Assembly: GCF_009914755.1 (NCBI RefSeq)
Contig: NC_060928.1
Length of the DNA: 64,000 bases
Direction: 5' to 3' (one strand)
From: the human T2T-CHM13v2.0 reference genome, Homo sapiens
The translations under genes were made by a program, and so were the position numbers. The notes beneath the pieces were generated by a model. The model was not told where the DNA came from. It made no database searches and saw only the letters and a program-made list of their open reading frames with translations. Numbering within the stretch: the first letter of the stretch is position 1; each line of letters begins with the position of its first letter. Positions 1 to 14,659 of this stretch are shown one piece after another.

Positions 1-305
1 CAACAGTGCACACGTAATGCCAACTTTGTATGACATTGCAAAGAAAGATTTTACTATGTTAAGCAGATTAAACAAACAAACAAACTTTTCCTTGAATTCT
101 TTAGGAACAAAGTACAACCTGGTCCAAATCATCCTAACCTAGAATGCACCATCAGCTTCACAGTCAGTTGTTCCTGGATTTACCAGATTTGGGGCAGACT
201 TCAAGCTTCTCTAAAGAGGGATTCTTAACTGACAACGTGCCTTGTTTTTTCCCTTTTCCTAGGAAAGGAAATGATTTTATTTGGTATCATATCATCTTTC
301 TTGCT

Positions 306-444
306 TTTTTTTTTTTTTTAATTAGAGATGAGGCCTTGCTATGTTTCCCAGGCTGGTCTCCAAATTCTGGACTCAAGCAATCCTCCTGCCTCAGCCTCCC
401 TCCCAAAATGCTGGGATTACACGTGTGAGCCACTGTGCCTGGCC
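306..444 (-). mobile_element. Alu left-arm monomer (FLAM-like)
   Basis: Poly-T followed by reverse-complement Alu left arm ending ...gagccactgtgcctggcc. Confidence 0.8.
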
Positions 445-474
445 TCTTTCTTGTCTTTTAAACAAATAAACGTA

Positions 475-640
475 AGCTGGGCATGGTGTGCATTCATATA
501 TTCCCAGGTACTTGAGAAGCCGAGGTGAGAGGATCCCTTGAGCCTAGGTTTGAGCCCAAGAGTTCAAGGCTGCAGTGAGCTATGATTGCACCACTGCACT
601 CTAGCCTGGGTAACAGAGTGAAACCCTGTCTCTAAAAAAC
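475..640 (+). mobile_element. Old Alu right-arm monomer (FRAM/AluJ-like)
   Basis: ggctgcagtgagctatgattgcaccactgcactctagcctggg... then A-rich tail. Confidence 0.75.
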
Positions 641-649
641 TAAACTAAT

Positions 650-946
<297 letters not shown>

Positions 947-1653
947 CTAAGCTAAACTAACATAATAAATAATTCATACACACAAGGGGATGCCAGTTGA
1001 GGGGCTGGAGGTGAGGTTTAACTGGGCTCTCTCTAGAGAGAGAAAGAAGCTTAATGCTTCTTTCAAGTAATTTCTGGTCTGTCTTTACCTATGTGGATCC
1101 CAAGCCAACATTTGAGAAAAGGTCCCCTTCAGTGAAGGAATGTGTGACCTGAAGTGCTGAGCAAGAGAAACTTCCTTTCTAGCCACGCCCTTCCTGGGGC
1201 CTAACTCCATGTGTCTGCCTCCTTAACGCCAGCACCTCTCCTCCATTTGCCCCTTAGTATAATTCCCAGGGTCTTTGCGCTTGTCAACAGGTTACTTCCC
1301 ACCTGCTTCCTGCAGAGGGCTTTGTTTTCTGGGATCAGAGACAGCATGAGCCCACAGGGCCATCCCCGCTGCCCCCTTCTCAGGGTGCAGCCCCGGGGAA
1401 ATGAGCAGTGGGACTTGGAGAGAGCCCATCAATTCCTTCTGGTGGAAGCTGATGGTGCCTTCAATTTTTGTTTCTGCTTCAGATGAATTAAAAAACAAAA
1501 CCGTGTGTGAAGACAAGGAGCTGAAACTGCACTGCCATGAATCCAAGTTCCTCAACATCTACTCTGTGACATATGGCAGGAGGACCCAGGAAAGGGACAT
1601 CTGCTCCTCCAAGCCAGAGCGGCTCCCCCCTTTTCGGTATGTGCTTTTGTATG

Positions 1654-1708
1654 TGTATTAGCCGGGGTTCTCTAGAGGGGCAGAACTAATAGGATATATA
1701 ATGGGATA

Positions 1709-1739
<31 letters not shown>

Positions 1740-1812
1740 GATTGTGGAAGTCAATACTTAATAACACAATCACAATCTTGTGATCGTGAAAGTTAATAGT
1801 TAATAAACTCCC

Positions 1813-1848
<36 letters not shown>
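1654..1848. mobile_element. Rearranged MLT2A-type (ERVL) LTR 3'-end fragments with (TA)n and (TG)n
   Basis: tgtattagccggggttctctagaggggcagaactaatagga (LTR 3' end, minus) followed by cttgtgatcgtgaaagttaatagttaataaactccc (subterminal part, plus). Confidence 0.65.
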
Positions 1849-1851
<3 letters not shown>

Positions 1852-1904
1852 AATGCTTGTAAACAGTAATCTGCCAAAAATAAATAAGTAAAAGAACAAG
1901 AACT

Positions 1905-2203
1905 GGCCGGGCACAGTGGCTCATGCCTATAATCCTAGGACTTTGGGAAGCTGAGGCAGGTGGATCACGAGGTCAGGAGTTCAAGACCAGCCTGGCCAAC
2001 ATGATGAAACGCCGTCTCTACTAAAAATACAAAATTATCTGGGTATGGTGGCGCATGCCTGTAATCCCAGCTACTTGGGAGGCTGTGACAAGAAGAATCA
2101 CTTGAAACTGGTAGGCGGAGTTGGCAGTGAGCTGAGATCTCACCAATGCACTCCAGCTTGGGTGAGAAGAGTGAAACTCTGTCTCAAAAAAAAAAAAAAA
2201 AAA
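1905..2203 (+). mobile_element. AluS element
   Basis: Full dimeric Alu with poly-A. Confidence 0.9.
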
Positions 2204-3917
2204 GACAGGGTCCTGTTTTCATGGGGTGAACAGTTGAGGGAGAAAGGCAAGCATTAACCAAATAGGCAGACACATCATCATGCCCTACTATGACAAATGC
2301 TATTTTAGAAAAGGGAAGAAGACTATAGCAGTGGAGGGGGCCTAATTTGGCTTGGGGGTGGTGGTTTAAGTCTTCCAAAGAGAACCATCCTGTAGGGTGA
2401 ACACTAGGGTATGCACACTAGCTTCACTCTAGGGGCTGAGACACTGAGATTGCTGAGTGGGAGAGGAAAGGTGTTGATGAGGAGGAAGATGGCCCTGGTT
2501 TAAACTGCTGAGAACAGGGTCCTGCACACAGTAGGAGCTCCATGAAGAGTGGTCCCTAGTGTTTTCACCAACATATCTGAAGTGGAGCAGGACGGTGATC
2601 AATCACACCCCTGTCCCCGACCTCATTCTGAACCAGTTTGAAACAAGCAGATGCAAAAATCTGACAAGTGTGTTGACAACGGTGATTTTAAAGGACCTAA
2701 GAGATTCTCTGGATTACAGAACCAATTTCATATAGTAGAGGGGCACATTCCCTGCAGTGGCCTGTGTCATCCACAGCCAATTAACCTTTTCACTGCCTGG
2801 TTATTCTGCAAAGTGCATCCTAGAATTACCTTCCTCTCTGAGCTCCTCTTCAAAATTCTGATTCTTTCTCAAACTGTAAAGCCTCTGGCATTTGCCAAGA
2901 GCCAAGGCCCTCCTGAAGCCACAGTTTGAGAATAAGCCAAGAGGCAGACATGAGAAAGAAGTACCACTCCTGGCAGGGAGAGCTGACACTTCCCAGGCCA
3001 CTGCATCCTTCTCAGGGCCCAGAAATGAATGCGAGGTAATTAAAGCAGAAAGCATTTTGCAACAGCTCCGCTCAGCTCTCCAAAGCTGCCATGGTCCCAG
3101 GATCAGTGGTGTGCCCTGACGACAGCCAAGGGACATTCCTCAAGGCCCTGGAAATCATCAGCCACCTCCAGCAACTTCACCGGGCCTCCCTGGGAAGTCT
3201 CCCTTGCTGCTGATAGGCACGAACGCACCAGGGCCTCCTGTACATGGAAAACGCAAAATCTAGGAATGTCCTGTGGTTGCTGATCCTGGGACATCCCCAG
3301 AAGAATTTAGTTAAGCCTTCCAAGAAAGGAAACAAGGTTTTCTTGCTGCTGAAGATGTCTCACTTGTTCTTTTTTAAAAAAGCAGTGCAATTGAATTTGC
3401 AGTTTGTTTTTGCTTTCTTTCCATTTCCTGTTGCTACTTCTCCAAGATCTCAGCTGGGCTGAGGAACAAACAAAAATAAGCAATTTTATGCAGGAGGAAT
3501 ATTCGGTTTCCACTCCCTTCTCCCAGCCTGCGGCAGTGTGCTTGGCCTGCAGAATTCTTGCTCTGCCCTCTGTTTCAGCGGGTGTTGTCATCTGCCAGCT
3601 GCTTTGCCTGGGGATTCTGACATCCCAGGGCTTATTCTTAGGGTCAGTTCAGCAGAGTCTTAAACCACCTTCAAAGGAGTCGGTCACGCTGCCATCCTCT
3701 CTGCATCTTTCTGTAGTCCTTTCTGATAATATTTAGCAAATCACTTTAGCACAGAGTCTTCGAATTCTTTCCAGATTTACGATGGAAACACAGAGGCAAA
3801 GAGCTTGGGGTAGAAAGCAGAAGAGCAGGTGCTGGGAGAGTTTGATGGTGGATTTTGAGTTGGTCACAGTCATTTTGCTTTACTAAGTCCAGGGAAGCTC
3901 ATCTTCAGAGTTAACCA

Positions 3918-3918
<1 letters not shown>

Positions 3919-3967
<49 letters not shown>

Positions 3968-4209
3968 TTTTTTTTGAGATGGAGTCTTGCTCTGTCACCC
4001 AGGCTGGAGTGCAGTGGCACACTCTCAGCTCACTGCAACCTCCACTTCTTGGGTTCAAGTGAGCACGTCCGGCTAATTTTTGTATTTTTTAGTAGAGACG
4101 GGGTTTCACCATGTTGGCCAGGCTGGTCTTGAACTCCTGACTCAAGTGATCCACCTGCCTCAGCCTCCCAAAGTGCTAGGATTACAGGCATGAGCCACCA
4201 TGCCCGGCC
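3919..4209 (-). mobile_element. AluS with (TA)n-converted tail and internal deletion
   Basis: TSD cagagttaaccac at 3906-3918 and 4210-4222; about 50 bp missing after gggttcaagtga. Confidence 0.88.
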
Positions 4210-4224
4210 CAGAGTTAACCACTC

Positions 4225-4935
4225 TATTGAGGTGTTGTTTATTTTTCTCAAAATTCTATTACACCTGAATAAAATTCAGTGATTTTTAGTAAATTTAGAG
4301 TTGTGCAACCATCACTACCCTCCAGTTTTAAAACATTTTCACAATCTCCCGAAGCTCCTGTGTGCCCATTTGCCATCACTGCCCCATTACCAACCCCCCG
4401 GTCCCAGGTAACCACGCATCTACTTTCTCTCTAGATTTGCCTTTTCTGAATATTTCATACAAATGGAATTATGCAATGGATGGTTTTGTGTGTGTGTGCA
4501 CAGCTAACTTCTTTAACTGAATGTAATGTTTCAGAGGTTCGTACATGTTGTAGCATGTATCATATCAGTACTTCACTTTTTTTTTTTTGGAGTTGAAGTC
4601 TCACGCTATCACCCAGGCTGGGATACAGTGGTGTGATCTTCGCTCACTGCAACCTCTGCCTCCCGGGTTCAAGCAATTCTCCCTGCCTCAGCCTCCCAAG
4701 TAGCTGGGATTACAGCCGTGTGCCACCACGCCCAGCTAACTTTGTATTTTTAGTACAGATGGGGTTTCAAATATGTTGGCCAGGCTGGTCTCGAACTCCT
4801 GACCTCAAGTAATCCATCCACCTCGACCTCCCAAAGTGCTGGGATTACAGGTGTAAGCCACCATGCCGAGCTTTTCATTCCTTTTTATTACTGAGGTGCA
4901 TTCTGCTGGATGGACATATCATATCTTGTTTTTAT
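4225..4935 (-). mobile_element. Old L1M 3' fragment interrupted by an AluS (4578-4871, -)
   Basis: ttgtgcaaccatcacta...cttttctgaatatttcatacaaatggaatt L1M 3'UTR motifs resume after the Alu. Confidence 0.7.
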
Positions 4936-5771
4936 TCTCCATTTTTTAAATCTTGCAAAATAGACCTAAAACCACCTCTCTGGAGCACTTGATGATCATG
5001 TGGATACCATTGGTTTGTGTGTAAGTATGTGCATCTAACAGGGAGAGGGAGTGACTCTTGCACCGATTTGGAAAGTGATTTTAAAATCTTATCTACATTG
5101 CATTTAAAAATATATTGAGTCCACATTTTAAAAATATACCACGTATTTAAAATATTTCTTTTTGGCTTTTAGTTCCCAAGAACATACTCACAGTGATTGA
5201 TCCAGCCATTGCTAATCTAAAACCTTCTTTGAAGCAGAAAGATGGTGAATATGGTAATTTTTATGGCTTACTACCAGCATTTCTCTTTAAGTAAAAGTAA
5301 ACAGCCCCTGGGTGACCACAGTTGGGAATACCTTGATTAGAATGGAAGGGGCTGTCAGGAGGTGTGTTTGAGGTACCGGTCCCGGTGACGATAGTGCTTT
5401 GGCCAATAGTTGCAAATCAACACCAATTTATTTTGTTATGACTTTTTTAACATCAGAAGTAGGATAAACCTCCCCTTCATTCTCCTCTCACTTCCTAAAA
5501 GAAAATCACTTTGAAAAGACATCTGCTCAGAAATAAATTTGTGCTTCCTGGGTTACACAATGAGCTTTTTGCAAAGCTCAGCCCATTGGAACCTGCGTAG
5601 GTGCCAGTGCCGGCTAGGACGTGAGGGCCTCTGTACCTCTGTAGACACCACCTTCCTCCTTAGTTTCCTTCCTTCCTTCCTTTTGCTTCAGAGTTTCACT
5701 CTTGTCACCCAGGGCCAGCTAGGACCTGAGGGCCTCTGTACCTCTGTACATGCCACCTTCCTCCTTAGTTT

Positions 5772-6277
5772 CCTTCCTCCCTTCCTCCCTCCTTCCCTCC
5801 CTCCCTCCCTCTCTCTTTTCTTCCTTCCTTCCTTCTTCTCCTTCTGCTTTCTTTCTTTCTCTCTCTCTGTCTCTCTCTTTCTTTCTTTTTCTCTTTCTCT
5901 CTCTTTCTTTCCCTCCCTCCCTCCCTCCCTCCCTCTCTCCCTCTCTCCCTCTCTCTCTCTCTCTTTCTTTCTTTCTTCCTTTCTTTCTTCTTTTTCTTTG
6001 GAGTTTCGCTTTTTCTCACCCAGGCTGGCGTGCGGTAGCGCAATCTCCACTTACTGCAACCTCTGCCTCCGGGTTCAAGTGATTCTCCTGCCTCAGCCTC
6101 CCAAGTAGCTGGGATTATAGGTGTCCACCACCACACCTTGCTAATTTTTGTGTTTTCAGTAGAGACGGGGTTTTACCATGTTAGTCAGGCTGGTCTCGAA
6201 CTCCTGACCTCAGGTGTTCCCCTCGCCTCAGCCTCCCAAAGTGCTGGGATTACAGGTGTGAACCACTGCACCTGGCC
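5772..6277 (-). mobile_element. AluS whose tail has expanded into about 230 bp of (CCTT/CT)n
   Basis: Alu body 6000-6277; TSD cctccttagttt on both sides. Confidence 0.85.
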
Positions 6278-6699
6278 CCTCCTTAGTTTTCACTTGGCTT
6301 TTGTAAATAGGGTGGACGGGCTGGAAGAGGGGGGGGATGATGGGGTTGAGCATTTGGATTTTCTTATCAAATCTAACTGGAATTCAAACCCGTGGGGTCC
6401 CTAGTAGAAATTGCAGAGACCCAGTAGAGCATCTAAGATGTTAGGCTTTGGTGAGAGTTTTGTCTTGTGTTACCTTTATTGTATGTATTAGGTCTTTCCC
6501 CGCTAAGTATAAAAGTAAAGTATGATATGAAAACCACATGAAACACCCCTAGTCCAAAAGCTCAGTGAGAACTATGGTAATGTTCTTCTGTGTCCTTCTA
6601 GCTGACCACCTTGGCTTTCTGGCAGGCTCTGTGTTCCTTAGCTCCACTTCTCTTTCTTTTTTAAAAAAAAATAACTAATTAATTAACTATTATTATTAT

Positions 6700-6822
6700 T
6701 TTTCTAAAGACAGGGCTTTGCCAAGTTGCCCTGGCTGGTCTCGAACTCCTGGGCTCAAGCAATCCACCCACTTCATCCTCCAAAGATGCTGCGATTACAG
6801 GCGTAGGCCACCACACCCAGCC
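6700..6822 (-). mobile_element. FLAM-type Alu monomer
   Basis: Reverse-complement left arm only. Confidence 0.75.
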
Positions 6823-6983
6823 TCCTCTTATTTTTCTAACAGGGTTCCCACCCGATCCATAAATAGCCTGGTCCCCCTGCAATGGGGGCCTGAGAGCCAG
6901 CACTGTGCCATCTCTCCTCAAAGGCATCTGTCCTGTCTGACATGGCTAGGAGTCCCCCAAGGCACCACCAGGCTACGCTATCA

Positions 6984-7496
<513 letters not shown>

Positions 7497-8727
7497 TTAT
7501 TAAGCCTCCAAGGGGCGTGATGAATGTCATTGTCTTTAGGATGAGAAAATCCATTTGTTCCCTTCCGCAGTGGAGTGGAAGACCAGCACCTGAAGTTGGA
7601 ACCAACACTTAAAACAATTTCTAATCCTTTTTGTACTTTAATATTTTCAGGGACTGCTTACTATTTAATAAGTGCTCTTCCTGGGTTAATCATCTATAAT
7701 TTAGCCAGAGGCCCATTTGTTTGATTTCTGTGACTTTTAATTATTCTGGCAGTCCCTGGGGTAGGAACAGCAGAGGTCTCTTAGAATAGGCATGCTATGA
7801 GCAGCTGTGATTAATTGGTTTTGCATTTTTCATGAAACAGGTATAAACTTTGACCCAAGCGAATCGAAGGTTCTGAGGAAAGATGGAATTCTTGTTAGCA
7901 ACTCTCTGGCAGCCTTTGCTTACATTAGAGATAGGTCAATGAATCAAAGCTTCCTAGAAAGCTGATGGATTTCCTAAGGTCTTGTTAATAAATGTGCTGT
8001 TCAATTATAACACTCAGATAACTAAAGGACAATGACTTCAAGTTTGACATGCCAACCACCACTTCTAAGATTCAGAAACACAGAGGCCTGAGTTCAGGCA
8101 CAGTCGCAACCAGGCAGTCAGAAAGAGAACCACATAAACAGACAAAGTCACACTATTTAGGAGTTGAGCTCCACAGATATTGTTGGTTTTGAAAAGTAGA
8201 AACCCGAGGAATGCATTTCCCAGCTCTAAAATTTGGGAAGAAACTAGGATTATTGAATTCCAACCCTGGCTGGAAGAAAAATGAGCCCAAAGGTCACTTA
8301 GTAAACAAGACAGATGATGGCCCATGAAGACAGAACCACTTTCTGGGTCATGAGTGTTATTCCTAATGGTTGCCAAGGATTCCCTTGTTAGTCTTCCCCA
8401 TGAGGATCAATCAGACTCAGCCCTCATGAATTAGCAGAGCCAAAAGGCTTATACAAAGGCTGGCCACACCGTGGGGACCTCATCACTGGGGGGAAGGTAT
8501 GTACAGTTTTTCCTCATGACCCTCTCTGCTCATCTTAAGACAGAACACATTTTGGAATGTCATCTGCAAGTTTCAGCAATGCCTGCCTATGTTCAGAGAG
8601 ACAAAAACCAGAGACCTTCAGTAAAATACATGTTAATGTAGCACATAACAGTATTACTATTCAAGGCCTGCAAAGATGGGGCTATTCAGGGTAAGCCTGT
8701 CTCAGAGGAAAATAGAGGCTTAGGGAA

Positions 8728-9090
8728 TGTATTTGTCTGTTCTCATGCTACTAATAAAGACATACCTGAGGCTGGGTAATTTATAAAGGAAAGAGGTTGA
8801 ATGGACTCACAGTTCCACATGGTTAAGGAGGCCTCACAATCTTGGTGGAAGGTGAATAAGGAGCAAAGTCACGTCTTTCTTGGCAGCAGGCAAGAGAGCT
8901 TGTGCAGGGGAACTCCCCTTTATAAAACCATCAGATCTCATGAGACTTATTCACTATCATGAGGACAGCATGGGAAAGACCTACCCAATGATTCAATTGC
9001 CTCCCACCACGTCCCTCCCATGACACATGTGGATTAGGGGAGCTACAATTCAAGATGAGATTTGGGTAGGGACACAGCCAAACCATATCA
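8728..9090 (-). mobile_element. THE1-type MaLR solo LTR
   Basis: tgtatttgtctgttctcatgctactaataaagacatacctgag...gacacagccaaaccatatca; TG...CA ends; 5-bp TSD gggaa. Confidence 0.88.
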
Positions 9091-9479
9091 GGGAATGATC
9101 TCAATACATGAGATGCAGAGTTCAGTCTTGGGGTCCCCTGCTGTTCTATTCTCCTTCTGCATTAGAATTCCTCCTGTGTGTTTGTGTGTTGTGTGGTTGT
9201 TGGTTTCTTCTGTGGGTCCTCTGTTTTCTAGTCACCTTCTCATTTTCATGTCTTGCTGTTCCTGATCATTGTCAATGTTAAGAACTGTAAGGATTTTTCT
9301 TGTCAGAAATATCTCCATATTTACAAAGACCCCAGGGAGCTTCTTGGAGAAAATCCATCATGAAAATCCTCCAGACAGAAAATAACAATTGAAGGGGAAT
9401 GAGACTGACATTGTGCTCAGTGAGCTGTGGCTGTGCTGTGTGCTTTACCCCAACTACCTTGTCGGTTCCTCTCAACAAC

Positions 9480-9812
9480 TGCCTCAGCCAGCCCAGCTGC
9501 CATATCAAAGTACTCGAGACCGGATGGCCTAAATAACAGACATTGATTTTCTCACTGTTCTGGAGGCCAGAAGTTCATGATTGAAGTATCCACCAATCCC
9601 TTTCTGGTAATGGCTGTCTTCCTGCCTTGCAGACAGCAGCCTTCTTGCTTGTCTTCACATGACAGAGAGGGGGAGAGACCGAGACAGAGACATCTCTTCT
9701 TGTTATAAAACCACCAATCCTATCAGATTAGGATTCCACCCTTATGACCCCCTTTAACCTTAATTAGCTCCTAATGAGTGAATTGGGGGGAACACAATTC
9801 AGTCCACAGCAA
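9480..9812 (-). mobile_element. MLT1-type MaLR LTR remnant
   Basis: ctcactgttctggaggccagaagttc...gaacacaattcagtccacagca. Confidence 0.65.
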
Positions 9813-11267
9813 CAACCCTGAGAGATGGGACTCTGGTCCCCTGTTCTGCACTTGAAGCTGGTGGTCAGAGGAGTTGAGCCATTTGCCTGAGGACACCATG
9901 GTCAACGGCAGGGCCAGGATTCAGGCTCAGCTAAGACAAGGCTTGCACTCCAGCTACTCTGAATTTTGAGGGATGCAACCACCTCCCCACTCTGATCCTG
10001 AGTTGTCTGAATTAGGTTTCCTCCATCCGTTTCTATCCTTTTATGTGATTGTCATTCCCAGAAACCACAGGATAGAGATATTCGTTTAGTGACTGTCTCT
10101 TCTGCTAGTGGCTCAGATCCACAGGGGCAGCTGCTTTGTCATCTTATTTCGTGTGGTGTCCCTGCATCTAGGATGCGGTGCTGGTACAGAACAGGTGCAC
10201 AGTCAGTAGTTAAGGAACAATTGAATGATGACTGCTGATCTGGGCTTATGAGCTTTTTCCTGTGCCTTATTGTCGTCCAATATTTGCTGTCTATAAGATA
10301 TGAATTGTTTTTTTAAATGTAAGGGATTGATGAGCTGTTATTTGGTTTTATTGAGGGGTGTTTTGGGACATTTATCTCAACAAACCATTGCCATGCCTCC
10401 ACATAATGTCCAAGAGAAAGAGTCTCTAAATGCACTGTGTTGGATGTTAGCTAAATGAAATCACCACAAGAAGCTTGTGACTCAAATCACAGAGGCTCAC
10501 AAAGCCCTATAGAACGGGCGACTCTGGGCTTGCCTGTGGGTTTTCTTGGTGTGTCTGTATCGCTGTCTGGGTGGCCACTCTAGAGGTGAGAAGCATGCAG
10601 CACATTCTCGGGGGTCTGCAGGCCAGTGTGTCGCAGAGGTGCATGTGGACATCAGGCTGGGCCATTCCGACCTAAACAGGCAGTGGCCACCAGCCAACGT
10701 CACACAGTGCTGAGCTCCATCCTCAATGCTGCTGGAGAGAGGAGCCCAGACAACTCTCAGTCGCATCCCCGGCCCCACTGTGGGGATGTGACCCATGGGA
10801 TGAGCTGGGGTCTCTAGGCGCCCCCAAAGCAGGAGCAGCTGGGAGCCAAGAGTGTGAGCAGGGCAGTTTCCAGCCCAAACCACCCAAATAGATAGCAAAT
10901 TGAGTGAATCCAAAAGTGCATTTCCCAGGTCAGGCTGCAAGTAGCTTTGACACAGTAGTGCAGTCCAGTGTACATGGGGACAAAGAGGTGAGAAACCAAA
11001 ATCGAGAGATAGGTCCCCTGATAATTAAAGCACAGAGGTTGGCAGAAGGGAGAGGGATATGAACAAGTGTTCCTGGTGAAATGTCTCCTGGGGTCATTTG
11101 AATGATCTGTGAGATGGTTTCCCCAACATTGAAAAAGCTTAGGCATGTTTGAATTTACTGTCATTTCAATAATACAGACTTACTCCCTGAATTCATTCTA
11201 GAATCAAGATCATGAGTCTGAGGAAGCTCATAGAAAAAAAATTGGAAATTAGAGAAATGGAAAAGGA

Positions 11268-11955
11268 GTGGTGTGTGTGTATGTGTGCGTGTGTGCATGT
11301 GTGTGCATGTGTGCATGTGTGTGTGCATGTGTGTGCACGTGCATGTCTGCATACGTGTGTGCATGTGTGTTCACGTGTGTGCATGTGCATGTGCGCAAGT
11401 GTGCGTGTGCGTCTGTAAGCATGTGCATACGTGTGTGCATGTGCATGTGCATGCCTATGTGTGAGCGTGTGTGTGCATGTGGATGTGTGCATGTGTGTGC
11501 ATGTGTCTGTGTGCATGTGTGTGCATCTGTATGTGTATATGCGCGTGTGCATGTGTGTGTGCACGTGTTTTTGTGTGTGCATATATATGTGTGCATGTGT
11601 GTTTGTGTGTACGTGTGTACATGCATATCTGCGTGTGAATGTTTGCATGTGTGAGCCTGTACGTGCATGCATATCTCTGGGTGTGCATGTGTGTGTGCAT
11701 GTATGTGTGTGCATATGTGTGCATGTGCATGTGTGTTTGCATGTGTGTGCATGCATGTGTAGCTCTGTGCATATGTGTATCTGTGTGTGCATGTGTATCT
11801 GTGTGTGTGCATGTGTGTGCCTGTATGTATATCTGTATTTTTGTGCGTGTGTGTATCTGTATGTGTGCTTCCATGTGTGTGTGGGGGTACATGTGTGTAT
11901 GCATGCATATGTGTGCATGCATATGTGCGTGTGTATCTGTGTGTCTAAGTGTGTG
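11268..11955. repeat. (TG/TGCA)n purine-pyrimidine alternating low-complexity tract
   Basis: About 690 bp of tgtgtgcatgtg variants; source of the HT/CV-rich ORFs. Confidence 0.95.
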
Positions 11956-13897
11956 TTGGAAGTTCTTAGCAACGCAGTGTAATAGCTGGCTCGGCATGAA
12001 CCATTGTCCCCTGGCAGATTGTGCCCAAGGAGACTTATGTATTTACACAGTCTTGCATGAGAATATGACCTCTCCTATTCCACCGAATTACTGTTTCATT
12101 GACATCTGGCTTTGGGTGTTTACCTCATATGTGCCCGCAGGCATGCCTTTTGTGGCCTAATATTTCCATCGCTACCCCTGCCCCCTTGGGACAGTGACAG
12201 TTATGTCATCAGCCTCTGGCAGGACCTGCTGTGGGCTTTTGGGGCACAGGGGTAAGGAAGCTGGGCAGAAGGGACAGGCTTGCAGCCTGGAATGTCCTGT
12301 GTTGGGAGGCATCATTGTTTCATAAGGGAGCAACTCCAGGGCCACAGAGAAGCTCATACTGAAAGAGAAACACAACAACACGCTCCAGAGTCAGAGCTAC
12401 GTGATTCCCCCACCAGGGAGGACCACTGGAAATCAGCACCACCTTGTCACAGTGATGTGGATTCAGATGTGTTCCCATGGTCTCCAATCTCTGGTTCCAT
12501 GACAGAAGGTTTTGTCACACCCCTAAGTGCTGTCAGACCAGGGCTCGGTATGCTTTGTGCTTTCTTCTGGACAACCCTCGGGCCCTGACTGCTGCCTTGA
12601 TCCTCTCAACAGCAATAGGGCCCCGACAGGGGGAACCCTCGCCATGGCCTCTGGGTGTCTTATCTGGACATGAAGGAGCTGGAGTGTGTGTTTGCCCCAA
12701 GTCAGGATCTAACGGTGGAAAGGAGCCTTAAAGGCCATAGGTCCCCCTTCAGAGCCTCCCCAGCACATCCAGCAGCTGATCAAATGAAAGTCATTCACTC
12801 CAGCTGGGGATGAACCAAGGCTAAATTTCAAACAATGCCGGCAACAACACAGTGTGAAGATTCTGTTCAATCACAAGGAAAACTCTGTTTTTCCAGAATA
12901 CAGAATAGGAAAAGGAGACACAAAAGTATAAAGTAGTCCAAGTGATTCTAGAGAACAGTTGACATTCCCTTAGTGTAAAGCCTGGGACCATGGAGAGAGC
13001 CCTGGCCTGAGCTTGGGGTCCCAGCCAAGTGGTGGCTTTGCACAAGTGACTTGACTACGACAAGAGGGGTTGGACCAGCTCATCACTAAGATTCCAGCTG
13101 ACCAACATCTGGTGAGTTTGTAACTTCAGACTAGTTGATTCAGATGACTAGGAAGCCTCATTCCCAGGACCTGCCAAGCATGGCCCATGTTGCCCATCTC
13201 TGGTGGCTGCATCTCAGCAGAGTAGATGCAGACTTGCCCTAAAGAGTCTCACTTAGCAGGAGGCAGGCCTAGACCAAGAGGCACCTGGAGTCTTATGAGA
13301 GAGAAGCTCGCCTGGCAGGAGAACCCAGACACCCACCTCCCAGGAGAAGAGGAGAGAGAAAAAATGGGAACTGATTTTATGGAGCCCCATCCCCAGGGCA
13401 CCAAGCCGAGTGCTTAAATCCATGATTCCCTCCTTTTATGCACTCAGCAAATATTTTCATAATGCCCACTCTGTGCCAGAGATGGCACTGGGGATTTGGC
13501 AAAGAACAAGACGGTTCCAGCCCCTGCCCTCAGGGAGCTTGCATTCTAGGTGGAAAGGATGGCACCCACTCAGCAAATGAGTGAGGATTGTAAGTTGGGC
13601 TGTGAAGAAGACGTTCAAGATACTCTGAGACTAAATGACAGGGGACATGGCTAGGCTAAGGCAGGGGGAGGTGTCTAGTAGAGCTGGATGAAGAGGGAGG
13701 AAAGAACTTTCCAGGCTAACAGAAGAGCACATGCAGAAACACCAGGGTGAGCAGGCATCTGATGCAACACGAGTGAGGAATGGCAGACCAGAGCGGGGAG
13801 TGGAGAAGAAATGGAAGTTCTCGGGAGTTGAACTTGGGGAGGGTGACAAGAGCCAGGTCATAGCCAGCTTCCTAGGCTGTGGTCAGAACTTGACTTT

Positions 13898-14300
<403 letters not shown>

Positions 14301-14659
14301 TAGGACAGGGAAGAGGTCATCTATATGTTTTAAGTCAGGCAGTGGTGTGACCCAACGTGTATTTCTAAAAGATTATAGAGGCCATGCAGGAAAGATGGTT
14401 TCCATGTGGTCTGTGGTTACTTTTGCACTACAACAGCAAAGCTGTTATATTTGCAACAGAGACCACATGGCCCATCAACCTGCAATAGTTCCTATCTGGC
14501 CATTCACTAGAAGAGGGAGGCAAGAGAGCAGGATGGGAACCAAGTGCCTGCAGGGAAGATGGAGCAGAACAGTGTTTCATCCCTGTTTTTCAGATAATTT
14601 CATGAGGTCGAAAGACATCTTAATGAAAGTGAAAGTACAAGGTACTTACCAGTAGATAT

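Noticed and set aside
5539-6136. 189-aa and 120-aa ORFs resembling membrane or charged proteins
   Set aside because: Translations of an Alu-tail (CT)n expansion and Alu body
11161-12160. Cluster of long ORFs (up to 259 aa) on both strands
   Set aside because: His/Thr- and Cys/Val-rich translations of a (TG/TGCA)n repeat that lacks stops by composition
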